Positions 50,079-63,033 of a stretch of DNA of 64,000 nucleotides are shown here, piece after piece. The position numbers and the translations under genes were made by a program. Positions within the stretch are counted from its first letter, which is position 1, and the number at the start of each line of letters is the position of its first letter. Origin of the DNA: Octopus sinensis (Eukaryota); contig NC_043013.1 of the NCBI RefSeq assembly GCF_006345805.1, positions 27,590,001 through 27,654,000 of the forward strand, written 5' to 3'. A model generated the notes under the pieces. It searched no databases. It was not told the origin of the DNA and saw only the letters and a program-made list of their open reading frames with translations.

Positions 50079-53000
50079 GGGCTATTAGGCCAAGATGAAT
50101 GGTAATGGGTAACATCTGGGAGAAATTTTGAAAGGATATAGAATTAACAGAATAAAAGAAAATAGTAGGAAAGAAAAAAGTGTTGAGAGGCAAGAGAAGA
50201 GGGGAAATGACATCCAGCTAGTTGGATGTCGCATCCAAAAAAAGACAGAGTGAAAAATACATAAACACACGAAAGAAAAGTTCAGGCAAAAATACCAAAA
50301 GAAGATAACTCACTCATCAGTTTCGGACTATTTATTGCTATGCATTTCATGCTTTTAAGGACAAGATAGGAAGACTTCATAAGACAGCAGCATCCAGAAA
50401 TTTTTATATACATACACACACATACATGTACTTATATATATATATATATATATAAACACACACACACACATATATATATTGCTTGGAAACAGGTGACAGT
50501 TTGTGAAAGAAGGACTAAGAAGAAAGTGTAGTATGTACACGTGTGTATATACATTAGATATATATATATATATATATATATGCACACGCACAAAACATAT
50601 ATTTTATTTTATGCATTTCAGCCATGTGGCTGTGGTCATACTGGAGCACTAACATGCAACATTGCCCAATTACCTCCTCAAGCCTTCCCCACCACTCATC
50701 ATCTCTCTCTTTCACTGATTCCCTCCATCACTTTCCTATCTGCAGCATTCTACTGCTGTGATAATTAAGAGCAGTACTGTATACTTCGTCATCTTGTTCA
50801 GTAATGCCAATTATCATCTTTCCAACTTCTCAGAACCACTTCATTCATCACCCATCAACAATTCTTAATATTGTTCCTCTCCACTCACATTTTACACTGA
50901 TGACCCTTTTGTGCTACCATATTATCTCCCATTTCTCAACCAGTGTTTGGGCTAAATTTGAGGATTTTCATGTCTCCATTTTTCAGAAGCAGCTTGATGT
51001 ATTGGTGAACAGTCAACATTGGAGAACATAAAGTTGTAGTTGAGAAAAAGTTAACTGACATGAAGGGCTGGAAGTCGTCTGAATATTGGAAAAGAGTTAA
51101 CTGTATTGTGCTGATTTGTGTCAAGTATCAAAATGCCAACATCATGACTGCTGCTCAATGCTCTGAGAACATTGTAAAGGCTGTAAACACTCGGTGCATA
51201 TTTTATTCTCTGCCTGCTCTACACCTGCCTCTCTTATTCTTATGCAACCTATCCAGTTACACATGATCTCCCTCTCCCTCATCCTTCACTTGTTTACTGC
51301 ATTATTACTATTCTGCTATTCCCCATTCTATTCTGAAATGTCAGTCATCACCTCCTCTCCCCTATCTTTCTCCACTTCATATATATATCATTGGCAAATG
51401 GCCTGGTGGTTAGGATGTTGCACTTATGACTGCAAGAGCGTGGTTTCGATTCCTGGTCAAGGTGGCACATTGTGTTCTTGACCAAAACACTTCATTTCAC
51501 ATTGCTCTGTAATTACTTCAACACCTGACATGGCACACCAGGTACCATTGATTTGATGGAAGGAGCAAGTGAGCTAATGTACAACACAACCATCTGATCA
51601 CTATACACAAAATTATCTGTGCAGGATGTTCGGGAAGAAATTGTGGAATCGTCATTCTCAGATTTGAGTGACTACCAACAAGTTTGACTGCCCCTCCAAC
51701 CTACCCAATCCCAACAGTTACCAGTCTCCCCTGTCTATCTATTGCCAATCACTCCTGAACCATTATATTTGACCCTACACCAATTTCCCCATCTCTAACC
51801 ACTCCTCACTCTTGCAATCTCCATTCACCCTTACCCTCAGTTTTTTTGTCACCACTCCTCACTATTCACCTTCCGCTACCCTGACACCTCATCACACTAT
51901 TTTATATTTTTTCCAACTCCACCCCAGTTACTCTCAATCCCTCTTCTACAACTGAATAGCCATGAATCTCCTCTACAGTAAGAAACCTGTTCAGCTCGGG
52001 CCCTTTCATACATACTTTAACCTCTCATCTCCTAGCATAAAGCTGCCATCTGTTGAAGGAGATCTTAGTCTAGCAACCTACATGGCAACTTCACTAGTGC
52101 TGGTGCCGTGCAAAAAGAAGCCATTACACTCTGTAAAGTAGTTGACACTTGGAAGGGTACCAAGCCACAGAAACCATGCCAAAGCAGACATCAGGGTATG
52201 ATGCAGTCTTTGGAAATGCAGGACTGATATACTCTATGATGGATCAAATATATTTGTATAGAAGAAGTGCGATACAATATAGAGAAGACTGGGTGTTCGA
52301 CATAGCAAATAACTGTCACAGGGACTAGATCTCATGTTTTATTAAATAAGCATAAAAAGCAGATTGGCATCGTTTCTTATTTCTTACTTCTTTATTGGAG
52401 CTAAACATAGAAGACAGACAAGGATAGACAAAGGGGTTGAGTCGATTACATTGACCCCAGTGCGTAACTGGTACTTAATTTATCGACCCCGGAAGGATGA
52501 AAGGCAAAGTCGACCTCGGCGGAATTTGAACTCAGAATGTAACGGCAGACGAAATACTGATAAGCATTTTGCCTGGTGTGCTAACGTTTCTGCCAGCTCG
52601 CCGCCTTAGTATCGCTAGATTGGCATTGTTTCTGGAAGGAAAATGTTTTTCTCATACACAGTCAATACTAAGGGGAAAAGATTCAATTACATAAATTGGA
52701 AAAATTAAAGGAAGACAACAAGGGCATTCATTCCTTCATCTAGTTTGGTGTAATTAGTAAACCATGATAGTGTTCACTTCTTACTTGCAATGGCTAATCT
52801 GTTTTTACTCTACAAAGAGAGCCTGGAGAGGAATTAACAAACATTATCAAGGATGGACTGCAGGAAGATCCAAAGACATAATTTGGCTATCTTTTATCTT
52901 TTACTTGTTTCAGTCATTGGACTGTGGCCATGCTGGACTACCACCCTCAAGGGCTTAGTTGAACAAATTGACCTCTGTAATTATTTTAAAGTCTGGCACT

Positions 53001-53119
53001 TATTCTATGGATCCCTGTTGTCAAAATTCTGAGTTACAGGGGCATAAACAAACCAACACCAGTTATCAAATAGGGGTGGAAAATAAACACAAACACACAT
53101 ATGGGCTTCTTTCAGCTTC

Positions 53120-53545
53120 CATCTACCAGATCCACTCACAAGGCTTTGTTTGGCCCAAGGGAATAGCAGAAAACACGATCATGTGGTTGGGAAGCCAACT
53201 TCTTACCACACAGCCATACCTAAGCCTATAGATATAAACATTAATTTTCTATCTACCAAATTCACTCACCAGACTTTGTTTGGCCCAAGACATGTACCCA
53301 AGGTGCTACACAGGGGGACTGAATTCAGAACAATATGGTTGGGAAACAACCTTCTGACCATACAACCACGCCTGTACCTATAAATACAAATATTAATTTT
53401 CCATCTATCAAATCCACTCACAAGGTTTTGGTTGGCCCAAGGCTGTAGTAGAAGCCCAAGGTACCACACAGTGGGACTGAACTCAGAACCATGTGTTTGG
53501 AAAGCAAGCCTCTTACCACACAGCCACACCACTGCCTATAGATTA
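53120..53545 (-). repeat. Tandem triplication (~150 bp period) of a SINE B 5' half plus flank
   Basis: Each unit ends cctata.at..aaa.attaat and shares the tttg(t/g)ttggcccaag variant. Confidence 0.75.
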
Positions 53546-54359
53546 CAAACATTAATAATCTCTGTAAATTGCACTTACGCATTGCATTTAATTATAACTA
53601 GGTGATCTGAGTCTGTGAGAGTAGAGTTTGTTGGTCATTGACACAGTGAAGTAGCAGCAACAGGGTATATATCAGCCAGGGTGTTGATCAACACTTTGTT
53701 TGCTTTTGATAAAGGAATCTGTATGTGGTTACTTAACCTGCTAGAAACAGCAACCAAATTCCTTCAAAACATACCCTACTTTCTTAAGGACTAAACAAGA
53801 CACAGGTAAATATAATCCCACATACTTCTAAAATGGACAGAAATACTTTTAATCCTAAACCTGCTTCACCAGAGTGGATTCAAGACTAAACAACATTAAT
53901 AATAATAAACTTTCATGTGTACAGTGGGATCTTTTATTTTTTACTTGTTTCCCCCTCATCAGACAGTGGTCATGCTGGAGCACCGCCTCGAGGGATCTTT
54001 GTCGAATGAATCAACTCCACTACTTTTTTTAAAAGTCTGGTACTTATTGTATTGCTATGTAAAAGCACCTGTGTGGTGGCATGTAAAAACACCCAATACA
54101 CTCTGTAAAGTGGGTGGTGTTAGGAAAGGCATCCAGCTGTAGAAACCATGCCAAATCAGACTGGAGTCTGGTGCAGCTTCCCAGTATGCCAGTTCTGGTC
54201 ACACCGTCCAACAAGCGTTAAATGATGATGATGACGATGATAATGAGGGACAAATACAAAGATACACAATTTATATATATGTGTGTGTGTGTGTATGTAT
54301 GATGTATGTATACATACATATATAAAAAAGCCCATCATGTATATACAGAGCAACCTCGG

Positions 54360-54391
<32 letters not shown>

Positions 54392-54574
54392 CATATATTA
54401 GAAGGTTTGGAGATAATGTACAGGTATTTTATATTAGAAGAAATGAGGTACTCAGAAATTCAGATGGTTTTATATTTACAGATATTTATTTGTATGTTAC
54501 ATGTTTTTATACATTATATATCATATATTAGCGCTTTCGTCCATTCTAGTGGAGTCATCAAATTGAACTGAAAC

Positions 54575-54643
54575 TTTACTTTTCAAAAATTCCAATTCTA
54601 AAGGGTCGAAACAAACCCAAGCAATGCCGGGCTATACTGCTAG
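54575..54643 (+). mobile_element. Non-autonomous Helitron 3' terminal fragment
   Basis: aaacccaagcaatgccgggctatactgCTAG|T; same end as 57007 and 60170. Confidence 0.75.
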
Positions 54644-54655
54644 TATCTCTCTCTC

Positions 54656-54689
<34 letters not shown>

Positions 54690-54696
<7 letters not shown>

Positions 54697-56550
54697 GCAC
54701 ACACACACACACACATACATACATACACCTACATACCTACTTCAGACATACACACACAGACATACACCCATACACTCACACTCACACGCATACAGACACA
54801 CACATACACACGCACACATACACACACACACACACACCTACATACATACATTACACTTGTATACACACACACTTACATTCATACACACACACACCTACAC
54901 AGCCATACCCTCACTCAGACACACACATCTACCTACACACACACACAAACACACACGGACACACACCCATACATACATACATCTACACACACACGCCTAC
55001 ACACATACATAAACACACACACATACACATATACACACATACGCACACACACATATACTTATACACATGCACACACACACACATACATACATACACCCAT
55101 ATACATACACACACACATACCCACATACTCCTATACGCACATACATACACACATACACACTCACACAAACATACACACACACATACTTACACACACACTC
55201 ACCTGCACGCGCACACACATGCATGACAAACACCCATACACTCACACTCACATACGCACACACCAACATAGACACGCACACGCACACACACACCTACACT
55301 CCCACACACATACACACGCACCTACATACACACACGCACGCATACACACATACATTACACACGTACACACACACCTACATACACATGCATACACACACAC
55401 ACACAAACATGCACGGACACACCCAGACATACACACATACACCTATATACACACGCCCACACACCTACATACACACACATATACACACGCCCACACACCT
55501 ACATACACGGACACACCCATACATACTTACATACATACACCTATACACACACGCCCACACACCTACATACACACACATGCATACACACACACACACATGT
55601 ACGCACATACACACACATATACGCACATACATATATACCCACACACATACGCACATGCATGCATGCATGCATGCACACGCACACACCTACACACACACAC
55701 ACGCACGTACACATACATACATACACACACGCATACATACACCCATACACATACATGCATCCTACACACACATACATACACACTCACACATACATACACA
55801 CACACACACTCACTCACACACCTGTATGTACGCGCACACACATGCACATACACACACTTCCCCACACCCACACGTACATACATACACACTCACACACATA
55901 CACACACACGGACATACATCTATGCACACACATACTCACATACATTCATCGGACACACTGCCACCCGGACATACACACAGACACACTCACACATCCACAC
56001 ACATACATACTTACGCACATACTCGCAGGCGCGCGCACGCGCACGCATACGCGCCGCAGGCACCTCGCTCTTGGACCCGACGAGACCTCCCGCCTGTTCC
56101 TGGGACCGTCGCGTGTCGTTGGGTTTTCCCACGCCCGTCTCCGCGGGACCACTCTTCCATCTTCCCCTCAGCTGGAGTCCTTTTTCCTTAACCCCCCCCC
56201 TTTTTCGTTACACACACGCGCACACATATACACACATTGCTTAAATATATACATTACTCTTACACACATTCAATCTACTCGCCATTAATACCACCACGAC
56301 ACTGGACACACACTACTACTCAACACACGCTGGCACGCTACATACGCCCCCACCCCTTCCCCTCCCTCCCTTCCTCCTTCCTTCTTTTTCTTACTACTGA
56401 CCTTGTCTGCTAAGCTGACCACTAGTCTCGCCCTACCTCACACGCCTACACACAGACGCACACACTAACACACACATATATATTTTTGTGTTTTTTCATC
56501 TCGCCTCACACACACACATACACACACGCACACACTCACACATACACACA
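54690..56550. repeat. Degenerate (CA)n/(CATA)n low-complexity array, about 1.9 kb, with a GC-rich island at 56020..56200
   Basis: Direct inspection; source of the spurious His/Thr and Cys/Val ORFs. Confidence 0.95.
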
Positions 56551-56559
56551 CATCTGTTG

Positions 56560-56850
56560 CGTTACCAACCTTATCTCCACTCTTTTGCCTTTAAAAACCC
56601 ACTTTGCTCTGTTTTCGTAAACATCCGCCTTTCACCATGTGCAACTCGTAAACACCAGTCGTCTTTTTTCTCTTTCCCTGTTGCCCGCTCTGGGATCTTT
56701 CTTTCCTCTCTCTTCCTTCTTTATGTTTCCGACGAAGAGCTCCGCTCGAAACGTCATACCTCCCTGCTTCCATTTCCTGAGCGCCTATTAATAATAATAC
56801 TGTAATTGTTCCATTGTTGTTGTTTTTTTGTTTCCCGTTTGGATTAAAAT
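56560..56850 (+). mobile_element. Penelope-like terminal (pseudo-LTR) region with minimal hammerhead-like motif
   Basis: CCGACGA-a-gagc-tcc-gctc-GAAAC-GTC at 56729..56755 in a pyrimidine-rich context. PLE assignment is inferred. Confidence 0.55.
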
Positions 56851-56881
<31 letters not shown>

Positions 56882-57006
56882 GCGTCATTCAAAGGCTAAA
56901 ACAATGCGAACGCATTGTGACCAGCGATGTGTAACTACATCTGATGGTCTGGTCGATATATATATATATATATATATCTATATATATATATATCTATATA
57001 TATATA

Positions 57007-57357
57007 CTAGCAGTATCACCCGGTGTTGCTTGGGTTTGTTTCGACCCTTTCGAATTGGAATTTTTGAAAAGTAAAAATTTTGCTTTATGCAACTTGTTAT
57101 TCTCTTCAAGTGAACATTTTTCCAGGTGAAATACACCGCAAATTAGTAATACAGCAGTCAAAAATCGTAAAAAATAGGGATTTTCATAGAAAAAAAGCAC
57201 CTTTTTGATGTAAATAATTTTTGGTGTTAACATGGTCCGATTTGAATTTTATTTTCTTTTTTGGTCAACTTGTGCTGCAGGGTCTCGAAGGAGATAGTGT
57301 TAGTTGAAGGCTACCAAACCTGCCACACACAGACAACTTCAGCTTTATATATATAGA
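57007..57357 (-). mobile_element. Complete non-autonomous Helitron
   Basis: 5' A|TCTATATATATAAAGCTGAAG, 3' cccaagcaacaccgggtgatactgCTAG|T; inserted at an AT dinucleotide, no TSD. Confidence 0.88.
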
Positions 57358-58390
57358 TTTGCTACACACTACTTTCCATCCCTAATAATGAAACTTGGTA
57401 GATCCAAAAGTTAGACACACATACAGATACACAAGTTGAGTTTTATATATAGAGATTTCTCAACGGGGATTTCAGGGAGTCGCTGGCGATGTATCGTGAT
57501 GATCAAAAATCCGGCCAGCTAAAATTTGGTTAAAGTGATTCAAACTGCAGACTCAACGCAAAATGGTCACATTTAATTCAAAGCGTTAAAAATGCTATGA
57601 AAACAATTGGTATGTGTTCACAAAGTCCAAACGATTAATACGAAACAACCCTCCAGGCTACATCCCGAAAATTCATTTCTTTGCCGAATTTCTACAATGT
57701 TTACGGCGATTCGTTTTTATATCTTGATTTTTTATTTTTCATGCAATTTACGCATGCTTGCACGCGTGGTGAACTCAGTTCACGTCAAACAGCTGACTGA
57801 GTAAAGTTCACAATTCAATGCATGGGATAGGGCCTAAACAAACACATTATCGATTTCTGCACTTGCGAGATGAATTTCGGAACAGAAATAGTACAGTTCA
57901 ATTTTCATTCGCCTAAACTTTAAGTGACCCATTTTTGGTGGTTCTACGATTTGTTGGCTAGGAGGAGATGTGCCGGGAAGACACACAAGTTGAGTTATAT
58001 ATATATATCTCTTATTATAAAAGGCAGATTTTATCTGCCTCCCTTTGGGAGTTATACAAATCTACAATATACGATTTCTTCAATTACAATTTACCTAGCA
58101 TTTTTGAGTACAATGCATCGCGTCATGCCAGGTCCAGTTTTTAAAATTTAAACTCCAATTAAGCAAAATTTACAGAAAACTCACATTCTGGTGTGTGTGT
58201 CAAATGCTTTTCTTAGTCTGGTTTACACCACACGCAAACGCACACACACAGTGGGCAACGAATAAAATGAAAGTAAATAGCGACAGAGTGATTTGAGCAA
58301 GACTAAAGTGAAAGTATTTTGTCTATGACGCTGATAGATACATGAGTAAAATGTATGGGAAGCTAAGAGCTAAGAGTGAGTGAAAATGTT
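57358..58390. mobile_element. Further Helitron 5' portions: 57358..57455 (minus), 57456..58005 (minus), 58008..~58390 (plus)
   Basis: Repeated TC(TC)TATATATAAAACTCAACTTGTG and TCTCTTATTATAAAAGG-type 5' ends; no 3' CTAG seen for these. Confidence 0.6.
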
Positions 58391-58426
58391 CTTGGAAGAG
58401 AGTAATTAGTAATAAAGTAAACATAC

Positions 58427-58440
58427 ACTCATACATACAT

Positions 58441-58471
<31 letters not shown>

Positions 58472-58610
58472 TACATACACACACACATACATACATACAC
58501 ACATACATACATACACACATACATACATATATACATATACATACATACATACATATACATACATACATACATATACATACATACACACACACACATACAC
58601 ACACACACAG
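58427..58610. repeat. (CATA)n/(CA)n microsatellite
   Basis: Direct inspection. Confidence 0.9.
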
Positions 58611-58784
58611 TATTGAAGCTTGAGAACAATCAGATACATTTGCAACACATCTGTTGAAAATATTATTGTTCACACACATACATATACATATATACATACA
58701 GACAGACAGACAGATAGATAGACACACACACACACACATGATCCAGCATGGCCACAACCTCAAGGCTGAAACATATAAAAGAAT

Positions 58785-59160
58785 AACAGAATATAAATGT
58801 GTGCAAAGTACAAGAAATATTAATGCAGTATATGGGGATTGGACAATAAGCGTAAGGCAGTGTCAATGGTGGTTCCAGAAATCCCGAGCCATAAACTACA
58901 GCCTAGAAGACGAGCCTCATCCTGAAAGATCTGTAGAACTCGACAAGGACATCCTGAAAACCCTGGTGGAACAAAATATCATCGTAACTGTTGAGGAACT
59001 AGCAGAGAAGCTTGGATTTGGTCATTCAACCATTCATTGACACCTGTGTGCTATCGGAAAAGTCAGCAAATTGGGTCAATGGGTTCCTCACAAACTTTCC
59101 GAGTCTAATTGCATGCAGAGAGTGAATGTATGCTTTTCTTTGCTGTCATATCTCACCACT
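58785..59160 (+). pseudogene. Mariner transposase N-terminal (HTH) fragment
   Basis: RNINAVYG...QCQWWFQK...LEDEPH...EELAEKLG...HL.AIGKVSKLGQWVPHKL; truncated at the Helitron starting 59176. Confidence 0.85.
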
Positions 59161-59175
59161 ACTGCGCTATGTATA

Positions 59176-59813
59176 TCTATATATATAAAACTGTAGTTGT
59201 GTGAGTGTCTGTCCCCTTCGATTTAGATTCCTAACTACTCCCACATTTTGCGGTACAGTTTAACCAAATTCGGGTAGCTTATAGTCGTGATTCATATCGA
59301 GCCCGTCTGAATATTAGCGCGCGTCTACGATGAGTCTACGATTTTAAAAATAATTTAACATCATTTTTTATTCCATTTTAATGCATAATTTTTCGTGTGT
59401 CAATGGCGGCGGAGTTGGCGTCCACGCTCACACCTGCACCTGTGGGGAAGGGAGTGTAAGGAAATCAACGTCGTAATGCGTTGTCAAGGAGACCAGTGTT
59501 CTTTTAGAACAACGACTTCATGGCTTGAAGACACCAAAACAGAAATGGCTAAGAAAGCGTCTACATGAGTCTACGATTTAAAAAAAAATTTACCATCGTT
59601 TTTTTTCCATTTTAATGCATTTTTTCGCTATTATATAAGGGAAGTAACTCTCTAAAAATGTCTACGATGAGTCAACGATTAAAAAAAAAAATTTACCATC
59701 ATATTTTTTCCATTTTTAATGCATTTTTTGCTATTTTTTGGCTATAACTCTCTAAAAATGCTTATATAGTTATTTCCCTTACAAACCCGAGCAACGCCGG
59801 GCGATACTGCTAG
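59176..59813 (+). mobile_element. Complete non-autonomous Helitron with three internal ~65-bp subrepeats
   Basis: A|TCTATATATATAAAACTG ... cccgagcaacgccggg hairpin (59786..59801) cgatactgCTAG|T; internal ctacgat(gagtctacgat)ttaaaaa...ttttaatgcat repeated three times. Confidence 0.9.
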
Positions 59814-60170
59814 TATATATATAAAGCTGAAGTTGCATGTGTGTGTGGCAGGTTTGGTAACCTTCAACTAACACTATCTCCTCTGAGACCCTGTGGCGCA
59901 AGTTGACCAAAATTGAGAGTATGATAGAAGAAGGCTTGCTCTTCATTTGGTAGAAGAAAAATTTCAAATCAGACCATGTTAAGACCAAAAATTATTTACA
60001 TCAAAACAGTGCTTTTTCCTAAGAAAATCGCCATTTTTCAGTGTATTTCAACCAGAAAAATATTCACTCAAAGAGAATAACAAGCTACATAATGCAAAAT
60101 TTTTACTTTTCAAAAATTCCAATTCTAAAGGGTTGAAACAAACCCGTGCAACGTCAGGCTATACTGTTAG
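59814..60170 (+). mobile_element. Non-autonomous Helitron, same family as 57007..57357
   Basis: Colinear with the reverse complement of 57007..57357; ends ctatactgTTAG|T. Confidence 0.85.
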
Positions 60171-60180
60171 TATATATATT

Positions 60181-60226
<46 letters not shown>

Positions 60227-60227
<1 letters not shown>

Positions 60228-62176
60228 AGTCATACCCAATGACTGGCGTAGCAGCACCATAGTCAACTGCTACAAGGGTAAGGGTGATGCTCTAGATAGA
60301 AATAACTACAGGGGTATTAAACTGTTGGATCAGGTGATGAAGGTCACAGAGAGGGTCATAACCCATCTCATCAGGGAGAGAATTTGCTTAGATGAGATGC
60401 AGTTCGGTTTTGTGCCGGGTAGAAGGACCACTGATGCTATATTCCTGGTCCGTCAACTGCAGGAGAAGTACCTAGCTAAAGATAAACCCCTCTACATAGC
60501 TTTTGTGGACTTGGAGAAAGCCTTTGACAGGGTTCCCCGATCCCTTATCTGGTGGTCGATGCAGAAACTGGAGATTGACGAATGGCTAATAAGGGCTGTA
60601 CAGGCTCTATACAGAGAGGCTGTCAGCAAGGTTAGGATTGGCAACGAATATAGTGAAGAATTCCGGGTAGAAGTAGGTGTACACCAAGGCTCAGCCCTCA
60701 GTCCCCTTTTATTCATCATAGTCCTCCAGGCAATAACAGAGGAATTCAAAATAGGTTGCCCCTGGGAGCTCCTCTATGCTGATGACCTGGCTCTCATAGC
60801 AGAATCACTACTGGAACTAGAAAAGAAATTTCGGGTGTGGAAACAAGGGTTATAATCAAAGGGCCTTAGAGTAAATGTAGCGAAGACCAAAGTTATAGTA
60901 AGCAGAAAGGCGAACTCAGCACACACCCCATCAGGCAGGTGGCCCTGCTCGAGCCGTAGGAAAGGTGTAGGTAGAAACTCCATAAGATGTACCCAGTGTA
61001 AGCTATGGACGCATAAGAGGTGCAGCAACATCAAAGGGAAATTAACTGATAAGATAGCTTTCATGTGCGGCAGATGCACAGGGACAATAGACACCACAAA
61101 TACTCAGAAAACAGTGGAGGTGGATGCTCAGAGAGTGTCACCACTAGAATACAAATAGCCTGGGCAATGTTTAGAAAGCTCCTACCCCTACTGGCGACAA
61201 AGGGTCTCTCACTCAGAATGAAAGGTAGATTGTATGATGCATGCGTGCGAACTGCCATGCTTCACGGTAGTGAAACATGGGCTGTGACTGCAGAGGACAT
61301 GCATAGGCTCAATCGAAATGAAGCTAGCATGATCCGCTGGATGTGTAATGTCATTGTGAATGCACGACAGAGTGTAAGCACCCTGAGAGAAATGCTAGGC
61401 ATAAGAAGCATCAGATGCGGTGTGCAAGAGCGACACTTGCGATGGTATGGTTATGTACTGCAGATGGATGAGGAGAGATGTGTGAAGAAGTGCCGCTCCA
61501 GAACAGTTGAAGGAATCAGGGGGAGAGGTAGACCCAGGGATGAGGTAGTCAAGCATGACCTCAGTGCGTTGGGCCTCACTGAGGCAATGGCGAAGGACCG
61601 AGATCTCTGGAGGTGTGCTGTGTCTACAAAGACCCGGGATGCTTCCGGCACCAGTTCCGCATAGCCCCTGCCCATTCAAAGTACCTTGGATCCCGGAACA
61701 TCTCGCTGTGTTTGAGGAGACCTGTTGAGTCAAGTGCATGTACATGAACATCGAAACAAATATCAATGGAAATAGTAGTTGTGATACCTGTGCCGGTGGC
61801 ACATAAAAAGCACCATCCGAACGTAGCCGTTGCCAGTGCCGCCTCAACTGGCTTCTGTGCTGGTGGCACATAAAAAGCACCATCCGAATGTGGCCGATGC
61901 CAGCGCCGCCTTGGCTGGCTTCCGTGCCGGTGGCACGTTAAAAGCACCAACCGATCGTGGCTGATGCCAGACACCCCTGGCACCTGTGCAGGTGGCACGT
62001 AAAAAGCACCCACTACACTCGCGGAGTGGTTGGCGTTAGGAAGGGCATCCAGCTGTAGAAACACTGCCAGATCAGACTGGAGCCTGGTGCAGCCCCTAGC
62101 TTCCCAGACCCCGGTCGAACCGTCCAACCCGTGCTAGTGCGGAAAACGGACGTTAAACGATGATGATGATGATGAT
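60227..62176 (+). mobile_element. RTE family A LINE, 5'-truncated, disrupted RT ORF plus complete 3'UTR
   Basis: RT motifs QFGFVPGR.TTDAIF, FVDLEKAFD, GVHQGSALSP, YADD; TAA stop at 60853..60855; frameshifting deletion near 61110; C-terminal LHGSETW, LRWYG; (gat)n tail. Confidence 0.93.
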
Positions 62177-62184
62177 ATATATAT

Positions 62185-62623
62185 ATAAGCACCATTCAAG
62201 TGTGATTGTTACCAGCGTCGCCTTACTTGCACTTGTGCCCCGTGCTAGTAGGGTGCTAAGAGCACCATCCGAGCATGATCATTGCCAGAGCAGCTAACTG
62301 GTTTCCATGCTGGTGGCATGTAAAAGCACCATTCGAGCGGGATCGTTACTAGCATCGCCTTACTGGCCCCTGTGCCGGTGGCATGTGTAAAAAGATTCGA
62401 GCGAGATCATTGCCAGTACCGCCTGACTGGCCCCCGTGCTGGTGGCACAGAAAAGCACCCACTACACTCTCGGAGTGGTTGGTGTTAGGAAGGACATCCA
62501 GCTGTAGAAACTCTGCCAGATCAAGACGGGAGCCTGGTGCAGCCATCTGATTCGCCAGCCCTCAGTCAAACCGCCCAACCCATGCTAGCATGGTAAATGG
62601 ATGTTAAACGATGATGATGATGA

Positions 62624-62628
<5 letters not shown>
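62185..62628 (+). mobile_element. Second RTE family A-related 3'UTR copy
   Basis: Same subrepeat and tail (ggatgttaaac(gat)n), directly downstream of the previous element. Confidence 0.75.
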
Positions 62629-62664
<36 letters not shown>

Positions 62665-63033
62665 TCTATACATAAACATATATCGATGTATATATCTATA
62701 TATATATACATATATTGATGTATATATCTATATATAGAACTTCGTTTCACAACTCAACAACAACATAAACTTCACTAACTCTTTTCACATGAATGTTTTA
62801 CTGGTACTCCCATGAAAAAACAGAACTGACGTCAAAACTATATTCACTTGAAATGTTACGTTCTTTTTCTCTTATTTCGAAAGGTGTGGCACATTGTAAA
62901 GACGTAGGAACAGAAAGAAGTGGTCAATAAACGAGAGAAATATTTGGACATAGCTCTGTATAGAAGTTTCATGGCAAATTTTTGAATGACAGCATATTGT
63001 ATGGGTGAACAATGAGAACAATAAAAAAAAACC

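Noticed and set aside
51040-51190. Possible transposase N-terminus (ORF 51060..51266)
   Set aside because: Only vague similarity; no catalytic motifs or TIRs recognised.
54624-56288. Long His/Thr-rich and Cys/Val-rich ORFs (up to 374 aa)
   Set aside because: Translations of a degenerate CA/TG microsatellite, which lacks stops in most frames; no splice or homology support.
62827-62834. Perfect CRE palindrome TGACGTCA
   Set aside because: A single 8-mer in 64 kb is compatible with chance; no promoter context.
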